A stretch of 64,000 nt of DNA from Octopus sinensis (Eukaryota). The notes below the pieces were generated by a model that made no database searches, was not told where the DNA came from, and saw nothing but the letters and a program-made list of their open reading frames with translations. Of this stretch, positions 27,059 to 39,288 are shown piece by piece; the stretch's first letter is position 1; the number at the start of each line of letters is the position of its first letter. The stretch is taken from positions 103,664,001 through 103,728,000 of the forward strand of contig NC_042999.1 of assembly GCF_006345805.1 (NCBI RefSeq), read 5' to 3'. The position numbers and the translations under genes are program-made.

Positions 27059-27320
27059 TGCTGACGATTATACGCATGGCTACATGCAAGCATTGACCAT
27101 GGTCCACAGCGACGGAACAGTGTTCTGGCCACCTATTGTCAAACTCAGGAGTACCTGTGACATCAAAATTACATATTTCCCATTCGATGACCAGATCTGT
27201 CGAATGAAACTTGGTTCATGGGCCTATGACGGATTTCAAGTAAATGTACATGACAGCGAAAAAGCTATCGATCTGGATAATTTTGTATCTAACGGTGAAT
27301 GGCTTTTAGTCGATGTTAAG
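27059..27320 (+). CDS. nAChR alpha subunit exon (262 nt): ADDYTHGYMQ...Cys-loop CDIKITYFPFDDQIC...loop B WAYDG...NGEWLLVDVK
   Basis: ttctAG acceptor at 27058 and GTGAGT donor at 27321. AG+T joins to Ser with the previous exon. C-x13-C Cys-loop with FPFD. Ends in phase 0. Confidence 0.95.
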
Positions 27321-27354
27321 GTGAGTTTCAAAAATATCCACACTAAATCATATA

Positions 27355-27756
27355 TACTCTTTTACTCTTTTACTTGTTTCAGTCATTTGACTGCGGCCAT
27401 ACTGGAGCACCGCCTTTGGTCGAGCAAATCGACTCCAGGGCTTATTCTTTGTAAGCCCAGTACTTTTCTATCGGTCTCTTTTGCCGAGCCGCTAAGTGAC
27501 GGGGACGTAAACACACCAGCATCGGCTGTCAAGCAATGCTAGGGGGGACAAACACAGACACACAAACATACACATACATATATATATATACATATATACG
27601 ACGGGCTCCTTTCAGTTTCCGTCTACCAAATCCACTCACAAGGCTTTGGTCGACCCGAGGCTATAGTAGAAGACACTTGCCCAAGGTGCGACGCAGTGGG
27701 ACTGAACCCGGAATCATGTGGTTGGTAAGCAAGCTACTTACCACACAGCCACTCCT
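27355..27756 (-). mobile_element. Full-length tRNA-derived SINE in the intron between the Cys-loop and loop C exons
   Basis: Minus-strand head aggagtggctgtgtggtaagtagc...GGTTCAGTCCC. Nearly collinear with 41775-42186. Confidence 0.9.
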
Positions 27757-27820
27757 CTGTATATATATGTATGTATGTGCATATATATATATATATATAT
27801 ATACACATAAATACATACAT

Positions 27821-27864
<44 letters not shown>

Positions 27865-28169
27865 TGACATACAGACATCATTTATAACTTTTTATGTATG
27901 TACTTCGAGAATCAATTCCTCCTCAACCAAAGAAAAAGAATTATATCTACATATCACCATGTAACCCTACACACGCTTTCCTTGAACTATTTTCCTTCTC
28001 CAGACCTTTCTTCTCTCCTCTTTCGAACAAAGAGCCAAGCTCGAAACGTCGTTATACACCAACTCTTTTATCCACCTTCATTGAGCGTCAAGCTAATGCA
28101 ATACAATCCATCTGAACGTCCTTTTGACTTTTATTGTTTTGCTATTTGTTATTTTTAATATTCGCTCTA

Positions 28170-28203
<34 letters not shown>

Positions 28204-28214
28204 CTGTTTTGTAG

Positions 28215-28488
28215 GTAAAAAAGAATGTAGTGTACTACGCTTGCTGTGATGAACCATTCCCAGATGTCACTTTCTATATCCATATGAGACGGCGGACTCT
28301 ATATTATACATACAACGTCATCATTCCGTGCGTTATGTTATCTATTCTGACACTGATGGGTTTCTGGATGAGACCAGACAGTGGAGAAAAAGTTACCCTC
28401 GGTTTAACTGTGCTACTTGCCTTTTCAGTATTCATGTTACTGATTGCTGAAAATATGCCGGCTACTTCTAATTTTGTTCCCCTTATAG
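28215..28488 (+). CDS. nAChR alpha subunit exon (274 nt): loop C YYACCDEPFPD, TM1, TM2 GEKVTLGLTVLLAFSVFMLLIAE, linker to FVPLI(G)
   Basis: ttttgtAG acceptor at 28214 and GTGAGT donor at 28489. Vicinal Cys-Cys defines an alpha subunit. The GEK ring indicates cation selectivity. Resembles alpha7/alpha9-10-type molluscan subunits, but I cannot assign an exact orthologue. Confidence 0.95.
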
Positions 28489-28545
28489 GTGAGTCAATTT
28501 CTTTATTAATTATGCATAAATACACGCACGCACGCATATGTATGT

Positions 28546-28577
<32 letters not shown>

Positions 28578-28658
28578 ATATATATATATATTATATATAT
28601 ATATATATATGAGAAAAAAAATCAAGATAGAAAATGCTAAAAAATTTTATAAAGAACA

Positions 28659-28702
28659 TTTCAGTACCGGTTTCGGTCATTTTGAGACCTTTTCAACTGT
28701 AA
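28659..28702 (-). ncRNA. Type I hammerhead ribozyme motif, U3-A8 variant, in a solitary PLE pLTR remnant
   Basis: tta-cag-TTGAAAA-GGTC-tcaaaat-GACC-GAAA-C-cg-GTA-ctg-aaa. Palindromic stem III ACCGGT. Confidence 0.8.
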
Positions 28703-28856
28703 CGATTAAATAATTAAATTTAGAAAAATTAAAAGAAAAGTTTTTTTAAAGGAATATTTGTATAGTGTTCAAATATGAGTGGCATTTTCCTTGTTTCTGC
28801 CTTTCACTGTCTCTCTTGTTTACACTTGTGGGTTATTTAATTATAGCTGCTTATGT

Positions 28857-28949
<93 letters not shown>

Positions 28950-29004
28950 CACCGTCTTCAAAGTTCATATCGATGTATTCATTTTTCTTTTGATGTAGAC
29001 GTAT

Positions 29005-29140
29005 TCTTCTTCTTCTTCTTCTTCTTCTTCTTCTTCTTCTTCTTCTTCTTCTTCTTCTTCTTTTCTTCTTCTTCTTCTTCTCTCACTACTACTACTACTA
29101 CTTCTACTCTTCCTTCTTCCTCTCCTCCTCCTCGTTCTTT
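29005..29140. repeat. (TTC)n / (CTA)n / (CCT)n compound microsatellite
   Basis: Direct reading. Confidence 0.95.
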
Positions 29141-29879
29141 TAGTTCGCGATTCTTCGGTGAAAATATCTTGCGCCATTTGTTCTGATTCTTCATATTTTT
29201 AACCCAAATCTCGCCGAGTTCAATTTTTCTTTAAAATAATATATCAGTCGATGGTATCGACTATGCATCCCCTCAAAAGAATGGCCCTGTGCCTACAACA
29301 AAAAAATAGATTTGTATACGAGTCAACAGCTGCCATCCTCACCTACAGATGTGTGACCATGCGCCAAACTCGATATCATTATTATCATCATTGCGAGTCT
29401 CCTATCAGCCCGTGATGAGCAGTAAATTACGTCGGACAAGGTCCCTTGTAGTATTGTTCCGGCTCTTTACGTTCTGTGTCCAAATCCCGCTGAGGTCGGC
29501 TTTGCCTTTAATCTTTTCAGAATCGACTAAATACAATTCCAAACTAATCGACTAACCCATCCACCAAAATTTCAAGTATCGTTCCTATATTACAAACGAA
29601 TATATTAAGCAGAATCATTAGAGCATCGGGCAAAATTTTTAGCATTATTTAATTATAGCTGCTTATGTTCTGAGTTCAAATTCTGCTGAGATCAATTTTG
29701 CTTTGCAACTATTAAGAAAATAATATTAAGACAAAATTAGTTACAAGAATCAGTAGAGCAGCGGACAAAATTTCATGTGGTATTTCGCTGCTATTCTTTA
29801 TTTCTATGATTATTCCCACCGAGTTCGAATTATCAAGTTATGCTGGGACATCACCTTGAAAAATAGAATCGACCTTAAC

Positions 29880-30205
29880 CCGTTTTTTAAGCCTAGTACT
29901 TATTCTATCAGTCACTTTTGCCGAACTGCAACAAACCGACGTAAACAAACCAATAACGGTTGTTAAGCGGTGGTAGAAGACAAATACAGAAACAAAGATG
30001 CACATGCGCGCACACGCACATACACATACACACACACTCATAACGAGCTTCTTTTAGTTTCCGTCTATCAAATTCACTCACAAGGCTTCGGTCTGCCCGA
30101 GGTTATAGGAGTAGACACTTGCCAAAGGTATCACGCAGTGGGACCGAGCCCAGACCCCTGTGATTGGGAAGCAAACTTCTTAACACACAGCAACGCCTGT
30201 GCCTA
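29880..30205 (-). mobile_element. tRNA-derived SINE (diverged)
   Basis: Collinear with 27355-27756 (tacttattctatc...cgcagtgggaccgagccc). Confidence 0.75.
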
Positions 30206-30589
30206 AATTTCACCGTTACATAAACATTCTGTATTACCATTTTCCTTGCGAACATAGATGTTATAAGCTGTTTATTAAAATGCTGTAAAATTATGAAGAG
30301 TTGAACTTATAACTTTGTTATCAAAGATAAGTGCAAGGTGTCATAAACAGGTAACTATAAATATGACTGAACTTTCTTTTCTGAGCTATTGTAGCATCTC
30401 TGTTTCTCGTCTCCTAATGGAAAGTGCCTTGTTAATGCATTTGTATAAAAAAATATTTTGCTTTATAACAAAGACAAAGACAAAAAGTGAATCAAACAAT
30501 TCATTAAATGCTGTTCGCAACATATATTTTCCTCTGGCACTTTCCGTATAGAATAACTACGTCATTAACACAATATATATGGATCCTGA

Positions 30590-30770
30590 AAGATGAAAAG
30601 AAAATGCTGTGATGAAATGGTCAATCATTAGAAAGACCCCAGCATACACAGCAATGAATCAAATAGATGTCACTTCTGTCTAGCAGAAAAATTGAACATA
30701 CGATGTAACTATTATATGCTATTCAACAGAATGATCGAACAGTTCTTTAAAGGTAGACTTGAGAATCTAT
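30590..30770 (+). mobile_element. Penelope GIY-YIG C-terminal fragment
   Basis: KWSIIRKTPAYT and NRCHFCLAEKLNI. Confidence 0.6.
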
Positions 30771-31221
30771 ACTCTTCAGACAGTTCCAATAACCGACGAT
30801 TTGAATAACTGTCTATATACATAAATCAACTGAGAAAAGCAAAACAAATTAGTACGTTTATATGAGCACTTTACAAGATTCATTTCATATATTTCCTCTC
30901 ACAAAACATAACTAATACTATCGTAATAATATCTAGTAACAATTTCTGCATGTTATTTTGTAGTTTTCTAATTATTATATTAATTCGTTTTTATTTGACA
31001 TAAGTTTGGGTATTTCAGTGTGTCTGTGTGTGTATTTATGTGCATGCCTGTGGTGTATATTTCTGTCTTCTCTCTCATTCTCTGACTGTCTCTCTCTCTT
31101 TTTCTCTCTCTTTCTCTGTATGTATATATATACACGAGCGCGGATGTGTGGTGTATACATTATCTTTCAATATTTTTTTATTATACAGCACATTCTTTAA
31201 TTAGTTATAAAGCACACATAT

Positions 31222-31259
<38 letters not shown>

Positions 31260-31318
31260 ATATATATATATATATTATATATATATATATATTATATATA
31301 TTATATATATATATATAT

Positions 31319-31357
<39 letters not shown>

Positions 31358-31386
31358 GTAGATAGATAGATAGATAGATAGATAGG

Positions 31387-31493
<107 letters not shown>

Positions 31494-31888
31494 TTGCACC
31501 ACTTTTTATACTATATTAGATGACTTTATATTGTATGTCATTAAAATATATTCATATCTTTAAACTTTATTTTTATCATTAAACATACGTTTGTGTATAT
31601 CTTGAATCCTGCGTATCATCCTATATGCATGCGTGTATGTGTGTGTGTGAGTGCGTATGTTTACTGCATAACCTCTGTACCTGTATATTCGGTATATACT
31701 TTATACATCTGATATACATGCTTCTCATAATTTCTATAGTATATATTATGATGTATATCTTATCATTTATTTCATTATAACACACGTTATATATTATATC
31801 ATTTATATTTTGCAACTTTAGCCGTGTTATTTGTTTTATTCTTTCGTCCTTTTATTGCACTGCGGTTATTTTAACGTATATCGATATA

Positions 31889-31924
<36 letters not shown>

Positions 31925-32075
31925 AATTAAGGACTGAACACGAAAAGTGGACAGTCAACATGCTAGATATAGACGTCAAATCGCCATTCACCACAAAAGA
32001 TTATGTTCTCAGATCAAACTCAACACAAAACCATAGCAATAAACAAGTGAAAAATATACGAAATAAAATAATTAC

Positions 32076-32140
32076 CCATGTACTAAATTAGTTTCAGCTG
32101 TTATTTTCCGCAAGGAAAACTGCAGCCATCATCAGCATGG
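32076..32140 (-). ncRNA. Type I hammerhead ribozyme motif (antisense copy in left arm)
   Basis: Exact reverse complement of 32536-32600. Confidence 0.8.
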
Positions 32141-32535
32141 TCCGTTATAAATGTAATTTGATGGACTAGATGCAAACACGATACCGAAATATCGCGTGCA
32201 TGGAGTTCAGCCTATTACATTAGAATATATCTTTCAAATGCCTCTACTTTGGCGCGTTGGAACCCGAGAAAAACTAGCCTGCAGCTAATAACTAGCAGCA
32301 GTTAATTTATCGGTTAGAGAACATATTTATTTATATAAAATTAATTAAGGGTAGAAATTGATATTTATCAATTAAGACCAGTGGTCTAGCATATTAAAAA
32401 AGTTTTTCTCGGGTTCCAACGCGCCAAAGTAGAGGCATTTGAAAGATATATTCTAATGTAATAGGCTGAACTCCATGCACGCGATATTTCGGTATCGTGT
32501 TTGCATCTAGTCCATCAAATTACATTTATAACGGA

Positions 32536-32600
32536 CCATGCTGATGATGGCTGCAGTTTTCCTTGCGGAAAATAACAGCTGAAACTAATTTAGTACATGG
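32536..32600 (+). ncRNA. Type I hammerhead ribozyme motif (sense copy in right arm)
   Basis: ccatg-CTGATGA-T-GGCTG..ttttcc-ttgc-ggaaaa..CAGCT-GAA-ACTA-att-TAGT-A-catgg. Stem I 5 bp, stem III 4 bp, GUA triplet at 32593-32595. Confidence 0.82.
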
Positions 32601-32844
32601 GTAATTATTTTATTTCGTATATTTTTCACTTGTTTATTGCTATGGTTTTGTGTTGAGTTTGATCTGAGAACATAATCTTTTGTGGTGAATGGCGATTTGA
32701 CGTCTATATCTAGCATGTTGACTGTCCACTTTTCGTGTTCAGTCCTTAATTGGTATATATAAATATTTTAATCTTCGGATTCTTTTTTAATATGCTAGAC
32801 CACTGGTCTTAATTGATAAATATCAATTTCTACCCTTAATTAAT

Positions 32845-32890
<46 letters not shown>

Positions 32891-33243
32891 ATATTATATA
32901 TAAGTAACAGTTAATATATATCATGTTACCAATTTAGTGTGTTATATATGTAAATTTGTTATGCATCATATATATAAATTTTTTGTTGCTTTTCATTAAT
33001 TCTTCATTACTTTTTCATTTTATTGATTTTCATATTAATTTCATATTTACACCACAACGATAACCAGTTACATATGTTGTTTTTTTGTGTGTATAGTAAT
33101 GTGTGTGCATGTGTGTGAGAGAGAGTTTATATATGTGACTATATTTGTTTCATGTATGCAAATGTGTGTATGTATAGCAATATGTAGGAGTCAGAATCAG
33201 TTTCTGAGTTTATACAGTACCCTTAAGTATGTATATATATATT

Positions 33244-33280
<37 letters not shown>

Positions 33281-34352
33281 ATGTATACGTATGTGTGTGT
33301 ACACGTTCACAAGTACACATATACATCTCTAAACATATATACAGGCAAACATATACACGTACACTTACATATATATATATGTGTGTGTGTGTGTGTATGT
33401 GTGTGTGTGTGTGTATGCGCGTATATGTGTGTGTATGAGTGCGTATATAAGCTTATGAACATCATCTCCATCAACATTTCCAAAGACAACGCTACCCTAA
33501 TCACCATCATCATAATCAACACCATTATCACTAACATCACTACTACCTCCATCTATTTTTCAGCATTACCCCATCCACACTTTTATTCATTCTGTCGTAC
33601 ATACGTGTGTATTTGATATTAGATTTTAGCGACAAAAACAGTGTTAGTACCAAATAGCAACCTTTATATCTTACTGAATGTGAGTCTATTATAAGAACAC
33701 CGCAATACTGCAGAATTTGTCTTGAGAAAGCATCACATACTAGTGCTAAAACTAATACTAATACTGCCAGCAGGTCGCTAAGATCTAATTTTCATCTGCG
33801 TGTTGTTTGCGTCACCTGTGCATTAGTAGTCAGTGTTTTACTCTATATCATTGTTTAATCACCCTCTAGCAGTACTACCACCGGTGCTGGACAATTTTCC
33901 CTCTGTCTCTGATTCTCTGTGCTTTTAAGCACTAAATGCCTATTCGAAATATTTTAATGCTTTCGTTATACTTGGACGTATGGAAACATTTCTCTGGGGA
34001 AATAACCGACGGAGAATATTATCCCTACAGAAAATTTGTTTGTAAAATCTCATTGGGCTATCAAAGAGCCCATACAAACCTCGGGATGAATGCGTTTCTG
34101 CGTCGTCGTTATACCGTATCAAATACTGATGCCGAACCAGTCGTTCATTACCCACGCATGTTTTTTTCACATTTATTAACAATGACGAGCATTTTTTCCC
34201 GAGTATATTTCAGAAGTGAAGGGTATTTTCACGTTCATATCTACATGAATGTGTGATGTATGTGTGTATTCATTCAAAACATTCTTTGGGTAAATCTGCC
34301 TTTCTTCTCTTTCTCTCTCTGCCTCTCCCTATCTCTTTCCCCTTCTCTCTCT

Positions 34353-34386
<34 letters not shown>

Positions 34387-34790
34387 CTTTGCATATATAT
34401 ATATATATATATATTATACATCACACACACACACACACACACACATATAAATACGAATTTATCCTTCCATATAAGTAAATATATGAATTTCTATATAAAT
34501 TTGTATATGCATGCAAATATATGCTTATATACGTGGGTGTATGCATGTATCTATACAAATATAGATTAATATGCGTACAAATGTAATAAAAAAAATTAAA
34601 GTGCAGACAATATATATATTCCATATCTTCCACTACACTTAACCAGGAAATATAATTATATTCAATCTTTCTTGGTATTGTTGTGTATCATACCTTTCTA
34701 ATTGAATGCATTAATATTTAAAAAATGTGAAGTCACTAATATGTGTACATGTACGTATGTGTATATATATAGATATATACATATATATAT

Positions 34791-34840
<50 letters not shown>

Positions 34841-34849
<9 letters not shown>

Positions 34850-34882
34850 ATATACATGTATATACACACACACATTCATATA

Positions 34883-34919
<37 letters not shown>

Positions 34920-35063
34920 GCATATTATGATTAGTGTAATTTATGAATACACTTTAATTACCCAAAACGTAATTCCTAGCTTCTCGTGATTTACTGTATA
35001 TTCTTTCACCTTAAACAAGCTAATCATTAAAAACTATCTATCTATATATATATTATATATATA

Positions 35064-35106
<43 letters not shown>

Positions 35107-35186
35107 ATATTATATATATATATATCTATATATATATATATATATGTATGTATATATACATGTATATACACACACACATTCATATA

Positions 35187-35227
<41 letters not shown>

Positions 35228-35351
35228 GCATATTATGATTAGTGTAATTTATGAATACACTTTAATTACCCAAAACGTAATTCCTAGCTTCTCGTGATTT
35301 ACTGTATATTCTTTCACCTTAAACAAGCTAATCATTAAAAACTATCTATCT
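34841..35351. repeat. ~205-bp direct tandem duplication separated by (TA)n
   Basis: 34841-35043 and 35145-35351. The unique core is identical and the (TGTA)n tract differs by one unit. Confidence 0.95.
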
Positions 35352-35374
35352 ATATATATATATATATTATATAT

Positions 35375-35405
<31 letters not shown>

Positions 35406-37984
35406 GGTATAACGTATATAACATGTGTATAAGATATGTCATTTATATATATATATATGTATGTACATGCACGCATTTATAAATACTTACATGGAATATA
35501 TAATTATCTATTTACATATAATAAACACGTATGTTTTGTGAGTAGATATATGTCTTCCAGTAATGAATTGCAGTGAACCTTTTGTGATAAAAAGAGAGCA
35601 TAAAACGAAAGAATATGTAGTTTAAAAGTTACTGAGCTATCCTTCGGCTTGAACTCACTATGCGGCAACTAAAGTCCATCATTTTATCCTATTGTCACAG
35701 ATAATAGTGCATGAAAAAATATGCATACACAAAATTATAAACACACTTTGACACTCACAATTACACATACACGCACACGTTCATATACACACTCATATAC
35801 AAGCTCACAAATGCTCACGAATATATTTACATAGATCGTATTAATCATGTATGCTTGCGTTTAAAATTGTGCAAACACCTGTGTGTATTCAGCAACTAGT
35901 AATTTATACAAATGCGTCCGCTTGTCGACAGAAGATAAGCAATATGAAACCTAAGGTATGGGTTAGAAAATTCATTATCTCGTATCTTTGTTTTATACGT
36001 GTTTCAGTCATTAGACTGTTCCATGCTGGGTCGCCGCCCTGAAGAATTTTGATCAAACAAATCAATCCCAATACTTATTTAAGTGTGATGTTTATTTTAA
36101 CGGTCTCTTTTGCTGCTTCGTTAAGTTACGTAAACAAACCAATGCCGATTGTTCCACTAAACCCTTCAAGATATCTCTCAGTATAGTCGCTGTCCAACTT
36201 GTGAAACAAAAGCTGTGTGTACGTATGTGTGTGAATGTATGTATATCTATCGATCCATTTATTTATCTATACACATACACACGCACACACGCATACACAA
36301 ATATACACACATACACACACTTACACACACACACACACAAACATATATATATATATACATACACACACACAATTCCATATTTTTCACGTCCTCGTTTTAG
36401 GAATTAGGACCTCGGTTTGCTTCAGCCTCCGCCAGGCATTCTTTTTCGTGTAAGAATGTTGGATTGCTTCAAGTTGCTCCGTTAGTTTGACACTATATAA
36501 GACGATTATAATTGGAGCAATATTCCAGATAGCAGAAAACAAGTGCCCCCTACAAAACCAACAAGGTCCCTTACTCTCTTGGTTTGCATGATTTCAGAAT
36601 AAAACCCTCCAGCCAGTTGTCATTTTAGTATTAAGCACATAGAACGTTGCATCATTCATCACTATGATTCACGGGTTACACACTGATTAAGACCCGAGGT
36701 TCGCTATCTCTCTTCGTCCTGCGTATTCTAATGGCAATGTGTTTGTAGGCTGATAACGAAGCGCTAATAATTTTCCAGCGTTGAGCTGTATGTTGTTTAT
36801 TTCAGCCTATTTGAACTTAGATCTCGCTGTAATATTGTGTTTTCAAAACATTTCTTATTGCCTGTGATGCAGTCATATAGGCACAGTAGCAGCTGCAAGT
36901 AACTGCCTGCATGACGAAGGGTATTTCTGAGAGAGCCACAATGAACAGCAGTGTCTCTAGCACAGTTATTTAAGATCTACACTTAAAATTAATGTCTCCT
37001 CTGAGAGGGTAACGTCAGCAGCAGTTTTGCAACTCCTGTGTTTTAAGTTTGCTATATACGAGAAATGTCTTCAATAGTTTTCGACACAGCCTTTTTGCAT
37101 ACCTTTAAGAGAGTCTTTGCTAAACTATCAGAACAGCTGGTGAGTTCAGACTCATTTCATTATTATTTGATATTACAACTTACTCCTTTATGTCCATATA
37201 TTTGATGGCTACATTTCTCTATGTAGAGGTCTAATGTAGGAGAACTCATCTGGCTTATTTGCATATATCCTATCATACAAATGAAAACATTTTGGAATGT
37301 TTATTCAGTATTTCACTAACGACCTGTAAACAGTGAGTTGCTTCCTTTGTAAAATGGATCTATTTGCAAATGCATTTATATATATATCCGAGTTTGTATG
37401 ATTGTGTATAGAAGAATATATTAATCAATGAAATTCCACAGTCGACAACTATACTGAAATGATTAGCTTTGTCCTTTAAATAGCTTCCAGTGATCTCCAA
37501 CAGGTTGAATCTTACGAACTGTATTTTGGCCAATCAGTATGTGGTTTAGATGTCACGGTTTGGTAAATACACCAACTTGTTTATCTCGTTTATTTTTTTG
37601 GTTTTTTTCAACGAAATATTTTAGCAAATTAGTTTGCGACTTAGACGTCACGGTTTGGTGGGCACATCAAGGATTCTTTATTTGACCGCACCTAAAACAA
37701 TAATTGTTTGGCTATATTTAGGAATTTTGTAGTAAACAACATTCCTGTTTTCATTGAATTTTATTGCTACTAATCCAACAATTTTCCAGAAATTTTACAA
37801 TTGAATCAAGTCAACACTGATATGGTTCGCACTACCACCATCATCGCCATCACCTTTATTATTGGGGGTGGTGGTGGTGGTAGTGTTGGTGGTAGTAGTA
37901 GTAAAGCCGTAGTACTTATTATTGTTATTATCATCATTACAACTATCACCGTTACTATATCTAATATTATTATTGTCCATTTAA

Positions 37985-38915
37985 AACGGGCTTGAATTTA
38001 TCAATAGAGTTCTTTTCTCTGACTTTTCTCTAGACTTCACATGACTTGTGTAGTTTGTGGTATGGGAATATCATAAACATTTTCTGACCACATGTTGACA
38101 GATGATCGCTTAAAGGGATTTGACGGGCATCAGGATCCCTAATTTACTGTCTGCGCACACGTGAACGTTCTGATAATGCATGCCCAGTCTGAGCAACGTA
38201 TATCTTTTCACAATTTGGGTTTCTGATGCAGCAAATTAAATTTCTGCTTTTGTACTTCTTATTGGCATTTGCAAATATTCTTCCGGTTTTTGTGTTCATA
38301 TATTGACCGGTGTGTATGAACTGACATGTACCACATCGATTATCATTGCATTTAGATACAATGAATGATTTGTCATTGTTGCTTAGGTCAAACTTGGCCT
38401 TTGTTAATAATTGTTTCAAGTTTTTCGGCTGTCTTTTACTTACAAACATAGCTCGATCCTTGATTGTATCCTTTAATTCATTACTATGGGCAATAATCAG
38501 CAAGTTTGCATTGGCAATGGTTAAGATATTTTAGTGACACGGATTGTATGTCACTATAAATAGTATGACCTGTTCTTGTTTTCCTCTTTCTTGGGTTGCC
38601 CTAAGTTGTTGTATGAGTATTTCTATAGCACGTTATATACCATTTACTATAAGTAGAGGCGAGTATTTTTCTTTCGGAAGAATTTTTTTTGAATTCTATT
38701 AGGCGTTTGTCTCTGGTATTCACATCTTCCTCAATGGCACGAATTTTTCTGGCTAGGCAGTATGGGATATTGCGTTTTGTATGTGTAGGATGGCACGATT
38801 TAAAGTTCAAGTATTGATGCGTGTATTTAAAGTTCAGGTATTGTGTCGGGTGTTTATAGTATATATCAATGGTGATGGTGGTGTCATTTTTAATTGTATA
38901 TATAATTATGCATAT
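37985..38915 (-). mobile_element. Penelope-like fragment (RT thumb + C-x4-C-x2-C linker + GIY-YIG)
   Basis: TIDIYYK, SCHPTHTKRNIPYCLA, SKCNDNRCGTC and IYVAQTG. Includes a 24-nt internal duplication (QYLNFK twice). Confidence 0.85.
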
Positions 38916-38919
38916 ATAG

Positions 38920-39215
38920 GTTAAAGATCCCCTTCCGTCACGAATGACCATGGAATTGAAAGTTCCCGTCCGAGGCACAAGTCTGGGCAACGTTGTTTTG
39001 TAGAGGACCAACAGCTGCCCATGCGTACCAGTCTTCCCTCTTCACGCCACCGCTGTTGTCCAAGGGACAGGCAAAGACCGATACAGCTTGACACCAGTGA
39101 CGTCACAGCTCATTTCGACAGCAACGTGAAATTAAGTGTCTTTCTCAAGAAAACAACACACAGCCCGGTCCAAGAATGGAATCCACAACCTCACGATAAT
39201 AAACCCGATATATGA
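38920..39215 (-). mobile_element. tRNA-derived SINE (third family)
   Basis: Minus-strand head ...gtggattccattcttggaccgggctgtgtg..., with a GC-rich body. Confidence 0.6.
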
Positions 39216-39231
39216 CACATATGTGTGTGTC

Positions 39232-39288
<57 letters not shown>

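Larger units (their letters stand above)
31915..32844. repeat. Compound inverted repeat: 361-bp arms (31915-32275 / 32401-32761) plus 62-bp arms (32340-32401 / 32783-32844); PLE 3' end with inverted pLTR
   Basis: I found no mismatch by eye in either arm pair. Flanked by (TA)n. Contains an HHR on each strand. Confidence 0.95.

Noticed and set aside
28087-28125. KLMQYNPSERP, resembling the nAChR N-terminal YNxxxRP motif
   Set aside because: It lies inside the intron between two later exons, has no flanking similarity or usable splice sites, and is likely chance.
14928-28488. Possibility that the gene is an octopus chemotactile receptor
   Set aside because: It retains the vicinal Cys-Cys and ACh-binding aromatics and has large introns, which fits a conventional nAChR alpha subunit.
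30820-30862. ctgagaa...aaaacaaattagtac after a PLE endonuclease fragment
   Set aside because: At the expected HHR position but too degenerate to fold.
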